From Salinivirgaceae bacterium (GTDB lineage Bacteria; Bacteroidota; Bacteroidia; Bacteroidales; SZUA-534), in NCBI GenBank assembly GCA_024405635.1, contig JAKSOL010000010.1:32001-96000 (forward strand): a DNA stretch of 64,000 nucleotides, read 5' to 3'. Shown one piece after another: positions 9,210-19,779 of this stretch; positions within the stretch are counted from its first letter, which is position 1, and each line of letters begins with the position of its first letter. A model generated the notes under the pieces. The model was not told where the DNA came from and did not search any database. It saw nothing but the letters and a program-made list of their open reading frames with translations. Made by a program: the position numbers and the translations under genes.

Positions 9210-9971
9210 TTATCTAGCTTTTTGACTTAATGGATATTTGGCTATAATAATAGCGTGAGCCCAAAGCGTGCGCAACAAACCAAAATGCGAGCGCATACTA
9301 TTAAAACGCTCAATCCACGAAGCTTTTCGGTTTGCGTTTGAAACGCCAGCTAACATGAATCGCGAAATGTAACCGTTTATAAAAACATTCTGGCGCGACA
9401 CCTCAAGCACTTTACAAGTCCAATCGTAATCGGCTGAAACTCTATATTTTAAGTTATAATCAGGAGCAATAGTTTTGCGAACAAGAATAGATTGATGGCA
9501 AACCACAAGTCCATTTAACAGATGCTTTTTTTGCAAGTTGGCTGGTGCAATTTTGTGGCGCTCGCCCACTGGATTGTCGTTGTGGTCGATAACAAGTGTT
9601 TGGCCGTAAACAACATCGCATTGTGGGTTTGCTTGCACAGCATCGGCAATGTGTTGTGCTGTTTGGTTGTCAAAAATCTTGTCGCCAGCATTCACAAACC
9701 ACACAAAATCGCCAGTTGCAAGATGCAAACCTTTGTTCATTGCATCGTACAAACCGCTGTCGGGCTCGCTAATCCAACGTAGGCTGATGGGTGAATTGGA
9801 GTTTTTAAGTTCACTCTCAAACTCTTTAATCTGCTCAACTGTACGGTCGGTCGATTTACCGTCAACAATAATATACTCAATGTTGCTATAAGTTTGACTA
9901 GCAACACTTTGCATTGTTTTTGGCAAAAACTGTTCGGCGTTGAATGTTATTGTTACAACCGATATTTTCAT
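9210..9971 (-). CDS. GT2 glycosyltransferase (WcaE-like)
   Basis: ISVVTITFN, VDGKSTD, GLYDAMNKG, NAGD, CHQS and ADYDW motifs. Confidence 0.92.
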   Translation of the reverse strand: MKISVVTITFNAEQFLPKTMQSVASQTYSNIEYIIVDGKSTDRTVEQIKEFESELKNSNSPISLRWISEPDSGLYDAMNKGLHLATGDFVWFVNAGDKIFDNQTAQHIADAVQANPQCDVVYGQTLVIDHNDNPVGERHKIAPANLQKKHLLNGLVVCHQSILVRKTIAPDYNLKYRVSADYDWTCKVLEVSRQNVFINGYISRFMLAGVSNANRKASWIERFNSMRSHFGLLRTLWAHAIIIAKYPLSQKAR

Positions 9972-10000
9972 TTTTCTGCAAAAAGAGTTATAACCTATTG

Positions 10001-12442
10001 TTAATCAGCCTCTACTGTTTCTTCTTTGCGTTTTTTTAAAACTAAAGCAATAACAAGGCCAAGAGTAACCAATCCAACAATCCACGACGAACAAGTAGAA
10101 ATTTTGTTGCTCAAAACATACACATCGTCAATGCACTTAAACTCAATTGTATGCTGGCCAGCAGGAATTGGCAAACCGCGCAAAATGTAGTTTACTCGCA
10201 CAATTGGAGTTTCTTGACCATCGATGTATGCTTTCCAAGTTTTGTAATAAACCTCAGAAAACACAGCCAACTGATCTTTACTATTTTGACTTTGATAAAC
10301 GAGGTTTCCTGGATTAACATATTCAGTTAAAACGATGCTTGCGTTATCGCTATCGTGCTGAAGTTCAGCGGCATTTGGAAGTTTATCGGCCCAGCAACGA
10401 TCGATAAACGCGGTGGTTTGCGGATTAAATTCGTCAAGAGCCATAATTTCTTGGTCAGGCGAGTCAACCCACACTATTTCGTTAACAAACCAAGCATTAC
10501 CGAGTGCATCAGGATTTTGATTTACAGCAGGTTGGCCATCTTGACCGCGAGTAATAACATAACGTGTGTTGAGCATGTTAAGCACATTGATGTTAATACT
10601 GCCCGATAGATGGTGATCGATAATGTCTTGATAGCGTTGCAATTTGGCAGCACTATAACCACCAACCGATTTATGGAATAACGATGTAGTTGCATCGTTA
10701 AAGGTGCTTACGGTAAGATTCAGTACGCGATAATCAGGGTCGGTATCTTTCATAATCAGACGATCGGCAGCAGTTGGCTGAACAACTTTTGCTGTTTTTT
10801 TAGGAACAAAATCGGCATCGTTAAGAAAACGTTTGTCAACCATCCATAAATCGAGCAGAATTAGCGCACCCAAACATGCAACTAACGTGTTGGTTTTCAG
10901 TTTATTATTTACTAACATCAGCATTAAAACAAATGCCAAAGCAATGAACACAAACGAGCGGAAAGAGTCGCTACGTAGCATATTGGCGCGGTCGGCCTCA
11001 AGACTCGAAACCAACCAACCTGGGAAGTTGCTATCGATAGGTGAACTGAAACTGCAGAATGCACCGCCAATTGTAGCAAACAAAAGGCACAAGCCACCGG
11101 TTATTCCTGCTGCTATGCACATTGGTTTTACAAATTGCTTTCGGTTTTCGGTGGCCAAAAATTCTTTAACAGCCAACATTCCAAGAGCTGCCATTGTAAC
11201 CTCGGCAATAACCAAGGCCATTGATGGTGTTCGGAACTTATTAAACAAAGGCAAAGTGTTGAACATAAGCTCGTTAAAAGCCATAAAATTGCCTCCCCAC
11301 GATAGCATAAGCGACAATATGGTAGCCAACAATAGCCACCACCTATCGGCTGTTTTTACAACTATGAGACCTAACACAAACAAAAAGCAAATGATGGCTC
11401 CCATGTAAACTGGTCCCGATGTGAAACTTTGTGTTCCCCAATAAGTTGGCGCATTGGCGCAAAATTGCTTTGCTTGGCCCGATTGGCGCAGAGCATTATA
11501 ACATTCAGATTTGTTACCAATATTATAATGTGAGCTACCACCGTAAAAATTAGGAATAAGCATAGTCATAGACTCGGCAACTCCGTAGCTCCATTGAAAG
11601 GCATAGTCAATATCAAGGCCGCTTTTTTTCTTCTGATTTTCAGACTTTTGAGTTTTTAAAACTGCCCCACCTCGCATTGTATCTTTTGAGTAATCGTAGG
11701 TTGGCAATAAAGTTCCTGTTGATGGAAGAACCGCTAATATGGCAACCAAACCAAGCACAGCCGATGATATAAAGAACTGTTTAACAGTTTTTTGGCGAAT
11801 GGCATACACTAAATATACACCTGCCAATATTAACAACATCAAAAGCAAATAGTATGATATTTGTTGATGAGCCCAATATACATTTAACCCAGTAAAGACA
11901 AGAGTTACAAGCGCTCCAACTAAATATTTTTGCTTATAAGTAAGAATAACGCCAGCAATAACCGGCGCCATTGTTGCCATAACTAATGCTTTATTTACAT
12001 GCCCCGCCTCAATAATTATAATATTATACGAAGCAAAAGTATAGGCAATTGCCCCCACAATAGATAACCACGGTTTACAACCAAAAGCAAGCATAAGTAT
12101 ATAAAAACCAATGGCATACAAGAAAATTAAGCCCAAGTGATAAGTAGGCATCTTAAACCTAATCCAACGAGAAATTGGTCGAAAAATGTTAGTAGTTTGC
12201 GGAGCGTATGCCATATTGGCTGGCATACCACCAAACATTCCGTTTGTCCAATAAGCAAATTCGCCAGTCTGCTCATGATAGTCGCGCAAATCTTTACTTG
12301 ACATACGTCCACTTGCGACATCGCTTTGCGGCAAATCTTTGTTATCGAATGCTGCTGGCGCCATGTACACAACCGACATTAGCACAAACGACACAACCGC
12401 AACCAAGTGCGGCAACATTTTCTTTAAATTGAGGTTCTTCAT
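10001..12442 (-). CDS. YfhO-family polytopic membrane protein (putative GT-C glycosyltransferase)
   Basis: Many TM segments; WTNGMFGGMP, FTSGPVY, FNKFRTP, SVGGYSAAKL, FSEVYY and NYILRGL motifs typical of Bacteroidota YfhO. Confidence 0.85.
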   Translation of the reverse strand: MKNLNLKKMLPHLVAVVSFVLMSVVYMAPAAFDNKDLPQSDVASGRMSSKDLRDYHEQTGEFAYWTNGMFGGMPANMAYAPQTTNIFRPISRWIRFKMPTYHLGLIFLYAIGFYILMLAFGCKPWLSIVGAIAYTFASYNIIIIEAGHVNKALVMATMAPVIAGVILTYKQKYLVGALVTLVFTGLNVYWAHQQISYYLLLMLLILAGVYLVYAIRQKTVKQFFISSAVLGLVAILAVLPSTGTLLPTYDYSKDTMRGGAVLKTQKSENQKKKSGLDIDYAFQWSYGVAESMTMLIPNFYGGSSHYNIGNKSECYNALRQSGQAKQFCANAPTYWGTQSFTSGPVYMGAIICFLFVLGLIVVKTADRWWLLLATILSLMLSWGGNFMAFNELMFNTLPLFNKFRTPSMALVIAEVTMAALGMLAVKEFLATENRKQFVKPMCIAAGITGGLCLLFATIGGAFCSFSSPIDSNFPGWLVSSLEADRANMLRSDSFRSFVFIALAFVLMLMLVNNKLKTNTLVACLGALILLDLWMVDKRFLNDADFVPKKTAKVVQPTAADRLIMKDTDPDYRVLNLTVSTFNDATTSLFHKSVGGYSAAKLQRYQDIIDHHLSGSININVLNMLNTRYVITRGQDGQPAVNQNPDALGNAWFVNEIVWVDSPDQEIMALDEFNPQTTAFIDRCWADKLPNAAELQHDSDNASIVLTEYVNPGNLVYQSQNSKDQLAVFSEVYYKTWKAYIDGQETPIVRVNYILRGLPIPAGQHTIEFKCIDDVYVLSNKISTCSSWIVGLVTLGLVIALVLKKRKEETVEAD

Positions 12443-12481
12443 AAACAATTCATTTTAGCGCACGAAGATAAAAAAGCAAAT

Positions 12482-14017
12482 TTAGTTATGTTTTTTACCT
12501 TTAATTTGATTTATATACTTGATAATGTACGAGTTAACAACTTCAGAAATCTGCCATTTATAAATTACCCACATTCCCAATCCTCCTAGAACCGAAGTAC
12601 GAACAATAGAATCGGCAAATAAATTGACAAGTTTTATGCTGCTTAAGCTTAAAAAGGTAGGTGCAACAAACAATTGCCACAACTTATTTAAGCCAAATAA
12701 TGCCAGAATAACAATAGCACATTTAAGTTGCGGCCAACAAAAAAGCGAAATGTTATCTTTAATCTTGACAACCAAAAGCAACAACGAATATTGAATGCAA
12801 TATGCTAACAACGAAGCAATTACAGCGCCTTCCATTCCCCAAATTGGGATAAGAAGAATGTTTAGCACAACGGCTGAAACCGACAGTAACAGAGTAAAAA
12901 TTAACGAATAATAATAGTATCGCGAATAAGAAAGCACGGTGCTACCAATGCTCAAAACCGAATTAAATAGCCTTGTAAATCCCAAAATAAGCACCACATT
13001 TTTTGCAGCGGCATATTTTTCACCATCGTGTAATATGCTGAATATCAAATCGATATTAATCCACATCAGGAATAAAATAAATGCACCAACCAAAAACTGA
13101 TGCAAAGCCACATTTTTCACCAACGAGTTACATTCGGTAACATTGTGATTTTTCATGTGATCGGCCACAAGAGGGCGAGCAATTGCGCCAAGCGAACGAT
13201 AAGGCATTTCAACCATTCCCGCCATGTAAAATGCTATAGCAAACACTCCTGTAGTTGCCAATCCCATTTTCATACTTATAAAAAATGAGTTTATGTATGG
13301 CGTTATGGTTCCACTCAAAGCAGCGGTTATCAAAAACAAAGAATAAAGCAGGTAATCTTTTCGTAATGAAGGAGTTATGTGTTTAAAATCGGGTTTAAAC
13401 GAAATCTTTTTAAGCGACAGCAAATAAACAATGTTTGCTAATGTAGCAATACCATAAACGGAACTAAACGCAACCACAAATCCATCAAAATCAAGCATTT
13501 GCGCAGCATAAAGTGCATAAACGCCTAATGTTAACACGCGAATTAGAACCTCTTTAATGAATTTGGGAACTGCCACACGCATCAGCACATTGGCATTGGT
13601 CTCAAACACAGCAGAATAGAGTATGAAAAAGCCAATAGGGAAAACAAAATTGTAACAGCTGACAAACAATGCCGACTTATCGGAAAACAGACTTGTAATG
13701 GGTTCGCGAAGGAACCAAAACAGCATTCCGTACAAAGCAAAGCCAAACAAGGGAACCAAAACCGTCCAAAAGAAAAAACCATGGTCGTTATGGTCGGCAT
13801 CTTTAAAATATGGATAAAAGCGCATAGCCGATGAGTTGGTGCCCAGTTGCGCCAATCCACTCAATAATGTTGCAGCATCAACCAAAACTCGGGTTAGTCC
13901 AATCTCTTCGGAAGTGAGAACGCGTGTAAGAACAAAAAAAGTTGTTACCGCACCTATTGCTGCACCTAAATAGGTGGCAAGTGTTCCTTTAATACTCTGA
14001 TTAACAATCACTCCCAT
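12482..14017 (-). CDS. MOP-superfamily oligosaccharide flippase (Wzx-like)
   Basis: MGVIVNQSIKGT start, roughly 12-14 TM helices, LNILLIPIWGMEGA motif. Confidence 0.87.
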   Translation of the reverse strand: MGVIVNQSIKGTLATYLGAAIGAVTTFFVLTRVLTSEEIGLTRVLVDAATLLSGLAQLGTNSSAMRFYPYFKDADHNDHGFFFWTVLVPLFGFALYGMLFWFLREPITSLFSDKSALFVSCYNFVFPIGFFILYSAVFETNANVLMRVAVPKFIKEVLIRVLTLGVYALYAAQMLDFDGFVVAFSSVYGIATLANIVYLLSLKKISFKPDFKHITPSLRKDYLLYSLFLITAALSGTITPYINSFFISMKMGLATTGVFAIAFYMAGMVEMPYRSLGAIARPLVADHMKNHNVTECNSLVKNVALHQFLVGAFILFLMWINIDLIFSILHDGEKYAAAKNVVLILGFTRLFNSVLSIGSTVLSYSRYYYYSLIFTLLLSVSAVVLNILLIPIWGMEGAVIASLLAYCIQYSLLLLVVKIKDNISLFCWPQLKCAIVILALFGLNKLWQLFVAPTFLSLSSIKLVNLFADSIVRTSVLGGLGMWVIYKWQISEVVNSYIIKYINQIKGKKHN

Positions 14018-14028
14018 TGGCTATGGTG

Positions 14029-15336
14029 TTAATTTTTTATCTCGTTTAATATTATATCAATAATTTTTTGCGAAGGCATTACCCCATCAGTTGGGCATAA
14101 ATACTCTTCAAAAAACTGCACACGCTGAGTTTTCATAGCATCGTTACCGGCAATAACAACATCGGCAACATAGCGTTCAACATCGGCTGGTGAATGTGCA
14201 TGATAGTGCAAAGCAAAGCACTTTTCGCCAAAAGAGTTCAGGTGGTCGGTTGTGTGCTCGTCTTTAACTATAAACATGGTTGGTTTTTGTGTATAAAGGT
14301 ACTCGGCAGTAAACGACGCGCAATCGTGAATCATTGCATCTGAGGTTGCAAACAAATCGATGTATGCGCCATCTTCAAGCTGGCCGTTGGGCAAATTGCG
14401 CCAACGTTGGTAGTATTCTTCAGTTTTTTCTTCGCCCCAAATGTTTATCAATTTAAACTTTAACACTGGATGAGGCTTAAATGCTATCTGAATTTCGTCT
14501 TGATACTTTTCGGCCAGTTGCAACATTAACTCGCAGTAGGTAAAAAAGTTTGAAAAGTTAAACAGATAATCAACAGTGTGATGCGGTGCCCAAATGATGC
14601 GTTTTTTAGGTTTTGACTGCGGTTTCCAAACATTGCGAGGTTGGTAGTTGGGGCTAATAATTGGCTCCATTCCTAAACATCCTGACACAACTACATTTTC
14701 GTCAGACCGAATGCCATATTTGTTGTAGTATTCCTTTTGATAAGGAGTTTCAACAAACGATTTCCAAAGCATTGAATGGAAAATAGACCCATAGTTATTT
14801 TTGTAATTATCGATGCACACAAATCCGTAAGGAACATAGCACGACAATTTGTTGGCAAAAGAGTAAACATGATACTTTGGCAGAGTATCTTTATATGGTT
14901 TAGTAAAGAAAACAATGTCGGGATTCACCTCTTTTTTCACGTCAATCCACTTGTGATTTGACGCACAATAAGCCGATATGTATTTATAATTGCTTGATTT
15001 AACAAACTCTTCAGTTTGAGCCATTACGTTAATGTACTCTTGCTTAGAATAATATAGGTGTACATTGAACGGAACAATAACCACAATGGGGTCAAAAATG
15101 TTGTAACGCTCAAATAATCGGTACAGATAGTCATATTTCCAAGTGGTTGGAGTTTGTATAAAAAAGGCTACTTTAATTTTATCTTTTTTAGCCAATTGTT
15201 TAACAAGTTTTTGCTGGCTATGCACTATTTTTTTTAAACGTTTGGCTAGCAATTTGGGGAATAGAGAGATGAAAAGGTCTCCAAAAGAAACCGATTTGTA
15301 CAATACATCTACTTTTTGCAACAAGTTGGAAAACAT
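14029..15336 (-). CDS. CDP-glycerol:glycerophosphotransferase (TagF/TagB-like) family protein
   Basis: YVPYG, IIWAPHH, FKPHP and SDAMIHDCASFTAEY..QKP motifs. Confidence 0.8.
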   Translation of the reverse strand: MFSNLLQKVDVLYKSVSFGDLFISLFPKLLAKRLKKIVHSQQKLVKQLAKKDKIKVAFFIQTPTTWKYDYLYRLFERYNIFDPIVVIVPFNVHLYYSKQEYINVMAQTEEFVKSSNYKYISAYCASNHKWIDVKKEVNPDIVFFTKPYKDTLPKYHVYSFANKLSCYVPYGFVCIDNYKNNYGSIFHSMLWKSFVETPYQKEYYNKYGIRSDENVVVSGCLGMEPIISPNYQPRNVWKPQSKPKKRIIWAPHHTVDYLFNFSNFFTYCELMLQLAEKYQDEIQIAFKPHPVLKFKLINIWGEEKTEEYYQRWRNLPNGQLEDGAYIDLFATSDAMIHDCASFTAEYLYTQKPTMFIVKDEHTTDHLNSFGEKCFALHYHAHSPADVERYVADVVIAGNDAMKTQRVQFFEEYLCPTDGVMPSQKIIDIILNEIKN

Positions 15337-15337
15337 A

Positions 15338-16681
15338 TTATATAAGTGTAGTTTTTTGTCCTTTTATATAAATGTCAATTACAGATGATATTGCAGTAGA
15401 TTCTTTGATGGACAATTTGTATGATTCTTTTTTAGGAGAATTAATTAGATGCAAGAACTCTTCAATTTCGTATCTAAGTCCATCGCCATCAAATTTGTAG
15501 AAGTATTTTTTAGTATTATTCAAATCCTCGTAACGCAATTCAAAATATTCGGTTTTCCACCATGGTGCAGGTACATAGGCGTAACCTTTGGTACCCGAAA
15601 TAATAAGGCAGCCCTCTGTTTTAACGCCTAAACCAACTTTAAACGAAGCTGTTGACTGTTTAAACTGGAACAATCCTTTTGTAAAGATATCAACACCATT
15701 TTCGTAGCTAGAGAAAAAACGCACATCACAAAAATCGTTTCCAAACAATTTAACTATTGGCAACAACACATAAGAGGCAAGTTCGGTAACACTACCACCT
15801 GCCATTTGAGGATTCAGTTCGCGTAAGTTTCCGGTTGTTAGTTTGGTAAACGATGCCTCAACATCTTTTATAGTTCCTATGCATCCGCTTTTTACTAATG
15901 AAATTAAATGAGTAAATCCGGGCGAATAGGCGGTTTTTATTGCCTCAAGCAGAACTAGGTTCTTAGAGTTTGCAAGTTCATACAAACTTTCGGTTTCAGT
16001 TTTTGACAAGGTAATTGGTTTTTCACAAAGAACATGTTTACCCTTGTTTAATGCTTGTCTAATGTAATCGGCATGAGTTTTATGAGGTGAGGCTATGTAT
16101 ATAGCATCAACATTTTCGGCAAATGAATCAAAATTTGATGATGCTATTTTTAGTTCGTGTTTGGCACAAAAGGCATCGGCCGATGCTTGATTGGGGTTAT
16201 ATACACCAACAACATCAACGCCGCTCACATATTTTGATTCTAAAACAAAGCGATTTGCAATTCGGCCACTTCCAATTATACCTATTTCAACTATTCGTTG
16301 CGACAAATCGCGTATTTGAGTGCTTGATATTCCCTTTGTGCGCTCCAAATAAACAACATCGCAATATTCTTTTAGGTAATCAAATTTACCAACCCAATCT
16401 GAACCTATAGCAAAAATGTCTATTCCATATTTTTGTATATCGTCAATTTTTTGTCCTTCGTATTCTTCAATAATAATTTCGTCGGCCAAACCTGTTGCTC
16501 TTACGTCATTTATTCGATCAATGCAACTTTTCTGAACATTTAATTTACCACGACCTTTATCATAGTTTTCGGTAGTAACGCCTACAATTAAATAATCGCC
16601 AAGGGCTTTTGCTCTTTTAAGCAAATTGATATGCCCATAATGTAGCATATCAAATGTTCCGTATGTTATTACTTTCTTCAT
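15338..16681 (-). CDS. tagD: TagD-type cytidylyltransferase fused to a Gfo/Idh/MocA oxidoreductase
   Basis: N-terminal YGTFDMLHYGH, GSDW and RTKGISST; C-terminal GIIGSGRIA Rossmann motif and HVLCEKP. Confidence 0.88.
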   Translation of the reverse strand: MKKVITYGTFDMLHYGHINLLKRAKALGDYLIVGVTTENYDKGRGKLNVQKSCIDRINDVRATGLADEIIIEEYEGQKIDDIQKYGIDIFAIGSDWVGKFDYLKEYCDVVYLERTKGISSTQIRDLSQRIVEIGIIGSGRIANRFVLESKYVSGVDVVGVYNPNQASADAFCAKHELKIASSNFDSFAENVDAIYIASPHKTHADYIRQALNKGKHVLCEKPITLSKTETESLYELANSKNLVLLEAIKTAYSPGFTHLISLVKSGCIGTIKDVEASFTKLTTGNLRELNPQMAGGSVTELASYVLLPIVKLFGNDFCDVRFFSSYENGVDIFTKGLFQFKQSTASFKVGLGVKTEGCLIISGTKGYAYVPAPWWKTEYFELRYEDLNNTKKYFYKFDGDGLRYEIEEFLHLINSPKKESYKLSIKESTAISSVIDIYIKGQKTTLI

Positions 16682-16751
16682 ATATGCATGAACTTCAAAT
16701 AATTCATTTAAGTTGCACGTTTTCGTTTTATGCCTCTTCTAAAATAGTTTG

Positions 16752-17552
16752 TTAATCATTGAATTTTATTTCCAAGCTATGTATTTGTCGCTTTTCAATT
16801 GGCGGCACTTGCATATAATCTCCATAAATGTTTGATAAATATGCATCAAAATTGCCTGGACACAAGAATTTATGTCCTTCAAATTCAATTTCGGTTAATG
16901 GAAATATTGTATTAGAGTTTACTCGTTTATTTCGCATTAGAGTAAAAAAGTCAATTGCATAGCTATAAATCAAGTTTTTAATTTGAAAAACCGAGAAAAA
17001 AGTACGCAATGTAAACTCAATCAGCAAGCAAGGCAAATACAATATGCAAGCAACTATGTATTCTGATTTAGAACTTGAAAAATGATTTACCCGTCGGAAA
17101 GTACGGCCATAGATTAAATCAAATGCTGTTTTAATTTTTACCGATCCTGTTTCCATTGGAAAGATATCGACAAACAGGCCGTTGTGCGCTTTGGCAAATT
17201 CGGTTTTATGAATGCTCACTATCTCCGATTTGGTATCAACAACTCTTCCGTATGCTAAAAAGTAGTTTTTGTCGGTTTTATGGTTTTGCAAAACGTATTT
17301 TTCAGGTAGTTCTAATTCTAATGCTTTGTATAACCGTTTTTGGTCTTTTCTGAGTATTGTAATATCCACGTCATCGTCCCATGGAATAAAACCTTTATGG
17401 CGAACAGCGCCAAGTAGAGTGCCAAAATCAAGCCAATATGGAATATTGTTTTTTCGGCACACTTTATCTATTTCCACCAAAATGTCGAGGAGTCGTAATT
17501 GTGCTTTACGTAATGTTGTTCCTTCGGCATTATAATGTGACAAATCTTCCAT
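16752..17552 (-). CDS. licD: LicD-family phosphotransferase
   Basis: GTLLGAVRHKGFIPWDDDVD, VDIFP and YGDYMQVPP motifs; start taken at MEDLSHY. Confidence 0.9.
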   Translation of the reverse strand: MEDLSHYNAEGTTLRKAQLRLLDILVEIDKVCRKNNIPYWLDFGTLLGAVRHKGFIPWDDDVDITILRKDQKRLYKALELELPEKYVLQNHKTDKNYFLAYGRVVDTKSEIVSIHKTEFAKAHNGLFVDIFPMETGSVKIKTAFDLIYGRTFRRVNHFSSSKSEYIVACILYLPCLLIEFTLRTFFSVFQIKNLIYSYAIDFFTLMRNKRVNSNTIFPLTEIEFEGHKFLCPGNFDAYLSNIYGDYMQVPPIEKRQIHSLEIKFND

Positions 17553-17654
17553 TTTTAACTTGTTATTTGCTTTGCAAAGTAAGCACAAGCCCGCAATATC
17601 ACGTTATAAATAGGCCATTGTTTTTATTGATAAATTGCTTTTTGCTATAAACAA

Positions 17655-17695
17655 CAAACTCCGCCCCAAAGTTGAAGGCCTTTGAGCGGAGTTTG
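17655..17695 (-). terminator. intrinsic terminator
   Basis: CAAACTCCGC / GCGGAGTTTG stem with a U-rich tail on the minus strand, after the aminotransferase stop. Confidence 0.7.
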
Positions 17696-17719
17696 CTATG
17701 TAAAGCTATTGTTGAGCTA

Positions 17720-19009
17720 TTATTTTGCAACCTCTTTGCAAGCTGCGTATATTCCCTCAAACAATGGTTTAATATCTTTTTCAGCAACTGCTGAGAATGC
17801 AATGCGCAACAATCCGTTAAGGTTGATTGTTCCAATGCTATATTTTTCAATTAGCAACATACGAACAGCTTCTGCATCAATGTTTTCGTTTAGTTTGATG
17901 CACATAAAATAGCCTGAGTTGTATGGTAGTGGAGCAAAACACTCTTTGTATTTTTCGTCTTTAAGAGTCTCTTTTACTGCATTGTAACGTTGTTGCATTG
18001 TTTGCAATTTAGCTTTCTTTTCGTCGGCATAGGTAGGCGACTCAAAGGCTTGCAACAACAACGATTGCGACAAGTTGCTTGCATTTGAAATGTTGCCACG
18101 AACGGCGCCTGCTGTTTTGTTTTCAAGTGCTGCATATAGGTCGGCATCGCCACCTTTTACTCCGTATGTGATAAAGCCTACACGGAAACCCCAAACGTAA
18201 TCTTCTTTGGTTGGGCCGTCAACTTTTACAGCAAGTACATTTTCGTGCAAGTCGCACAAGTATGCAAATGGCGATTGAAGGTCAACGCCTTGTTCGTAAA
18301 CTAAGCCAAAGTATGCATCGTCGCAAACTACCGCTATTTTTTTGCCACTCTCGGCTGCTTTTTTAATGGTTGCAACCAATTGTTTCATTTCTTCAACAGT
18401 TGGAGAGTAACCTGTTGGGTTGTTTGGGAAGTTAAGCAATAGTACTTTTTTGTCGCCTTCGGCCATAAGTGCAGCCTCAACAGCGGCAATGTCCATTGCG
18501 TTGTTTTTAAACAAGTTGTATGTTACAACTTTTGCACCGTAACCGTTAGTTAATGCCAAATTGTAGTTGCCCCAATAAAGGTTTGGTACAAGAATTTCTT
18601 GCCCTTCGTCTAACAACATATAGCCAACCATGCTAATACCATGAGTTAGTGCGCTTGTTGCAACTGGTAAACTGTAAACTTTGCCTTTCAACGATGGATT
18701 TTTCTCAGCAATCATTGTTTGCCAACGTTTACGAATGTCAGGGCGACCAAAACTTGGAGCGTATAGGAATGCTAGTTTTGAGTCGATGCCCAATTTTGAA
18801 CTGATGCTCTCAAGGTGCATTGGAGTGCCATCGTCTTCAATTGCAGTACCAATTGTTGCATTGATTTTTGTTCCTTTGGCATCGGCCGATTGGCCTAGAA
18901 TACCTTTTTTAGGGAAGAAAATGTTTTTGCCACGTTGTGACAACAATTCAAAAACTGCATTGTTTTTTTGCTGAATTGTGTTGTTTAATTCTTGCGCTTG
19001 GGGATTCAT
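17720..19009 (-). CDS. class I/II PLP-dependent aminotransferase
   Basis: NFPNNPTG, DDAY and DGPTKEDYVWGFRVG (PLP lysine); TAAATTTG box at 19044-19051. Confidence 0.9.
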   Translation of the reverse strand: MNPQAQELNNTIQQKNNAVFELLSQRGKNIFFPKKGILGQSADAKGTKINATIGTAIEDDGTPMHLESISSKLGIDSKLAFLYAPSFGRPDIRKRWQTMIAEKNPSLKGKVYSLPVATSALTHGISMVGYMLLDEGQEILVPNLYWGNYNLALTNGYGAKVVTYNLFKNNAMDIAAVEAALMAEGDKKVLLLNFPNNPTGYSPTVEEMKQLVATIKKAAESGKKIAVVCDDAYFGLVYEQGVDLQSPFAYLCDLHENVLAVKVDGPTKEDYVWGFRVGFITYGVKGGDADLYAALENKTAGAVRGNISNASNLSQSLLLQAFESPTYADEKKAKLQTMQQRYNAVKETLKDEKYKECFAPLPYNSGYFMCIKLNENIDAEAVRMLLIEKYSIGTINLNGLLRIAFSAVAEKDIKPLFEGIYAACKEVAK

Positions 19010-19095
19010 ATTTGTATCAATTTATTGATTTCGTAATTGGTCGCAAATTTACAAAAAATGCCACTGACAGCATACGTGTTTCACGTTTCTATCTA

Positions 19096-19770
19096 TCACT
19101 TTTTTGAGTAGTCGCGCTCGCCAAAAATAGAGGAGCCTATACGTACTATTGTACTGCCTTTTGCTATTGCCAACTGGTAGTCGCCCGACATGCCCATTGA
19201 TAGTTCACAAAAATCGTCTTTGGTGCTAAAAAAATCGCGTTTCAAGTTGTTGAATATGCTTTGCAAATGAGCAAACTCTTGTTCGGTTTGTTGTTTATTG
19301 TCAGTAAAACTGCCTATTCCCATAACACCTACAATGTTTACGTTTTGCAGTTGAGCAAACTCTTCTGATTTAAGTATTGCGTACGCTTCGTCTTCGGTTA
19401 ACCCAAATTTGCTCAACTCGGTTGCTATATGGAATTGTAGCAAGCAATTGATTACACGATTGTTTTTTGCTGCCTCTTTGTTTATAACTTGCAGAACTTC
19501 AAGGCTATCGATGCTATGAATAAGCGAAACAAATGGTGCTATATACTTAACCTTATTTGTTTGCAAGTGACCAATAAAATGCCATTCAATGTCGGTTGGC
19601 AATTCGTCGTGTTTTTGTCGCAATTCTTGCGGTTTGTTTTCGCCAAATGCACGTTGTCCAAGATTGTAAGCTGCCAAAATATCTTCGTTTGGCTTGGTTT
19701 TAGACACTGCCAATAGTTTTACGTTACTTGGCAGTTCGGCTCGCAGTTTTAGCAGATATTCCGAATTCAT
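19096..19770 (-). CDS. yggS: YggS/PLPBP pyridoxal phosphate homeostasis protein
   Basis: AVSKTK, FGEN, WHFIGHLQTNK, LSMGMSGD and VRIGSSIFG motifs. Confidence 0.96.
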   Translation of the reverse strand: MNSEYLLKLRAELPSNVKLLAVSKTKPNEDILAAYNLGQRAFGENKPQELRQKHDELPTDIEWHFIGHLQTNKVKYIAPFVSLIHSIDSLEVLQVINKEAAKNNRVINCLLQFHIATELSKFGLTEDEAYAILKSEEFAQLQNVNIVGVMGIGSFTDNKQQTEQEFAHLQSIFNNLKRDFFSTKDDFCELSMGMSGDYQLAIAKGSTIVRIGSSIFGERDYSKK

Positions 19771-19779
19771 TGCTGAAAT

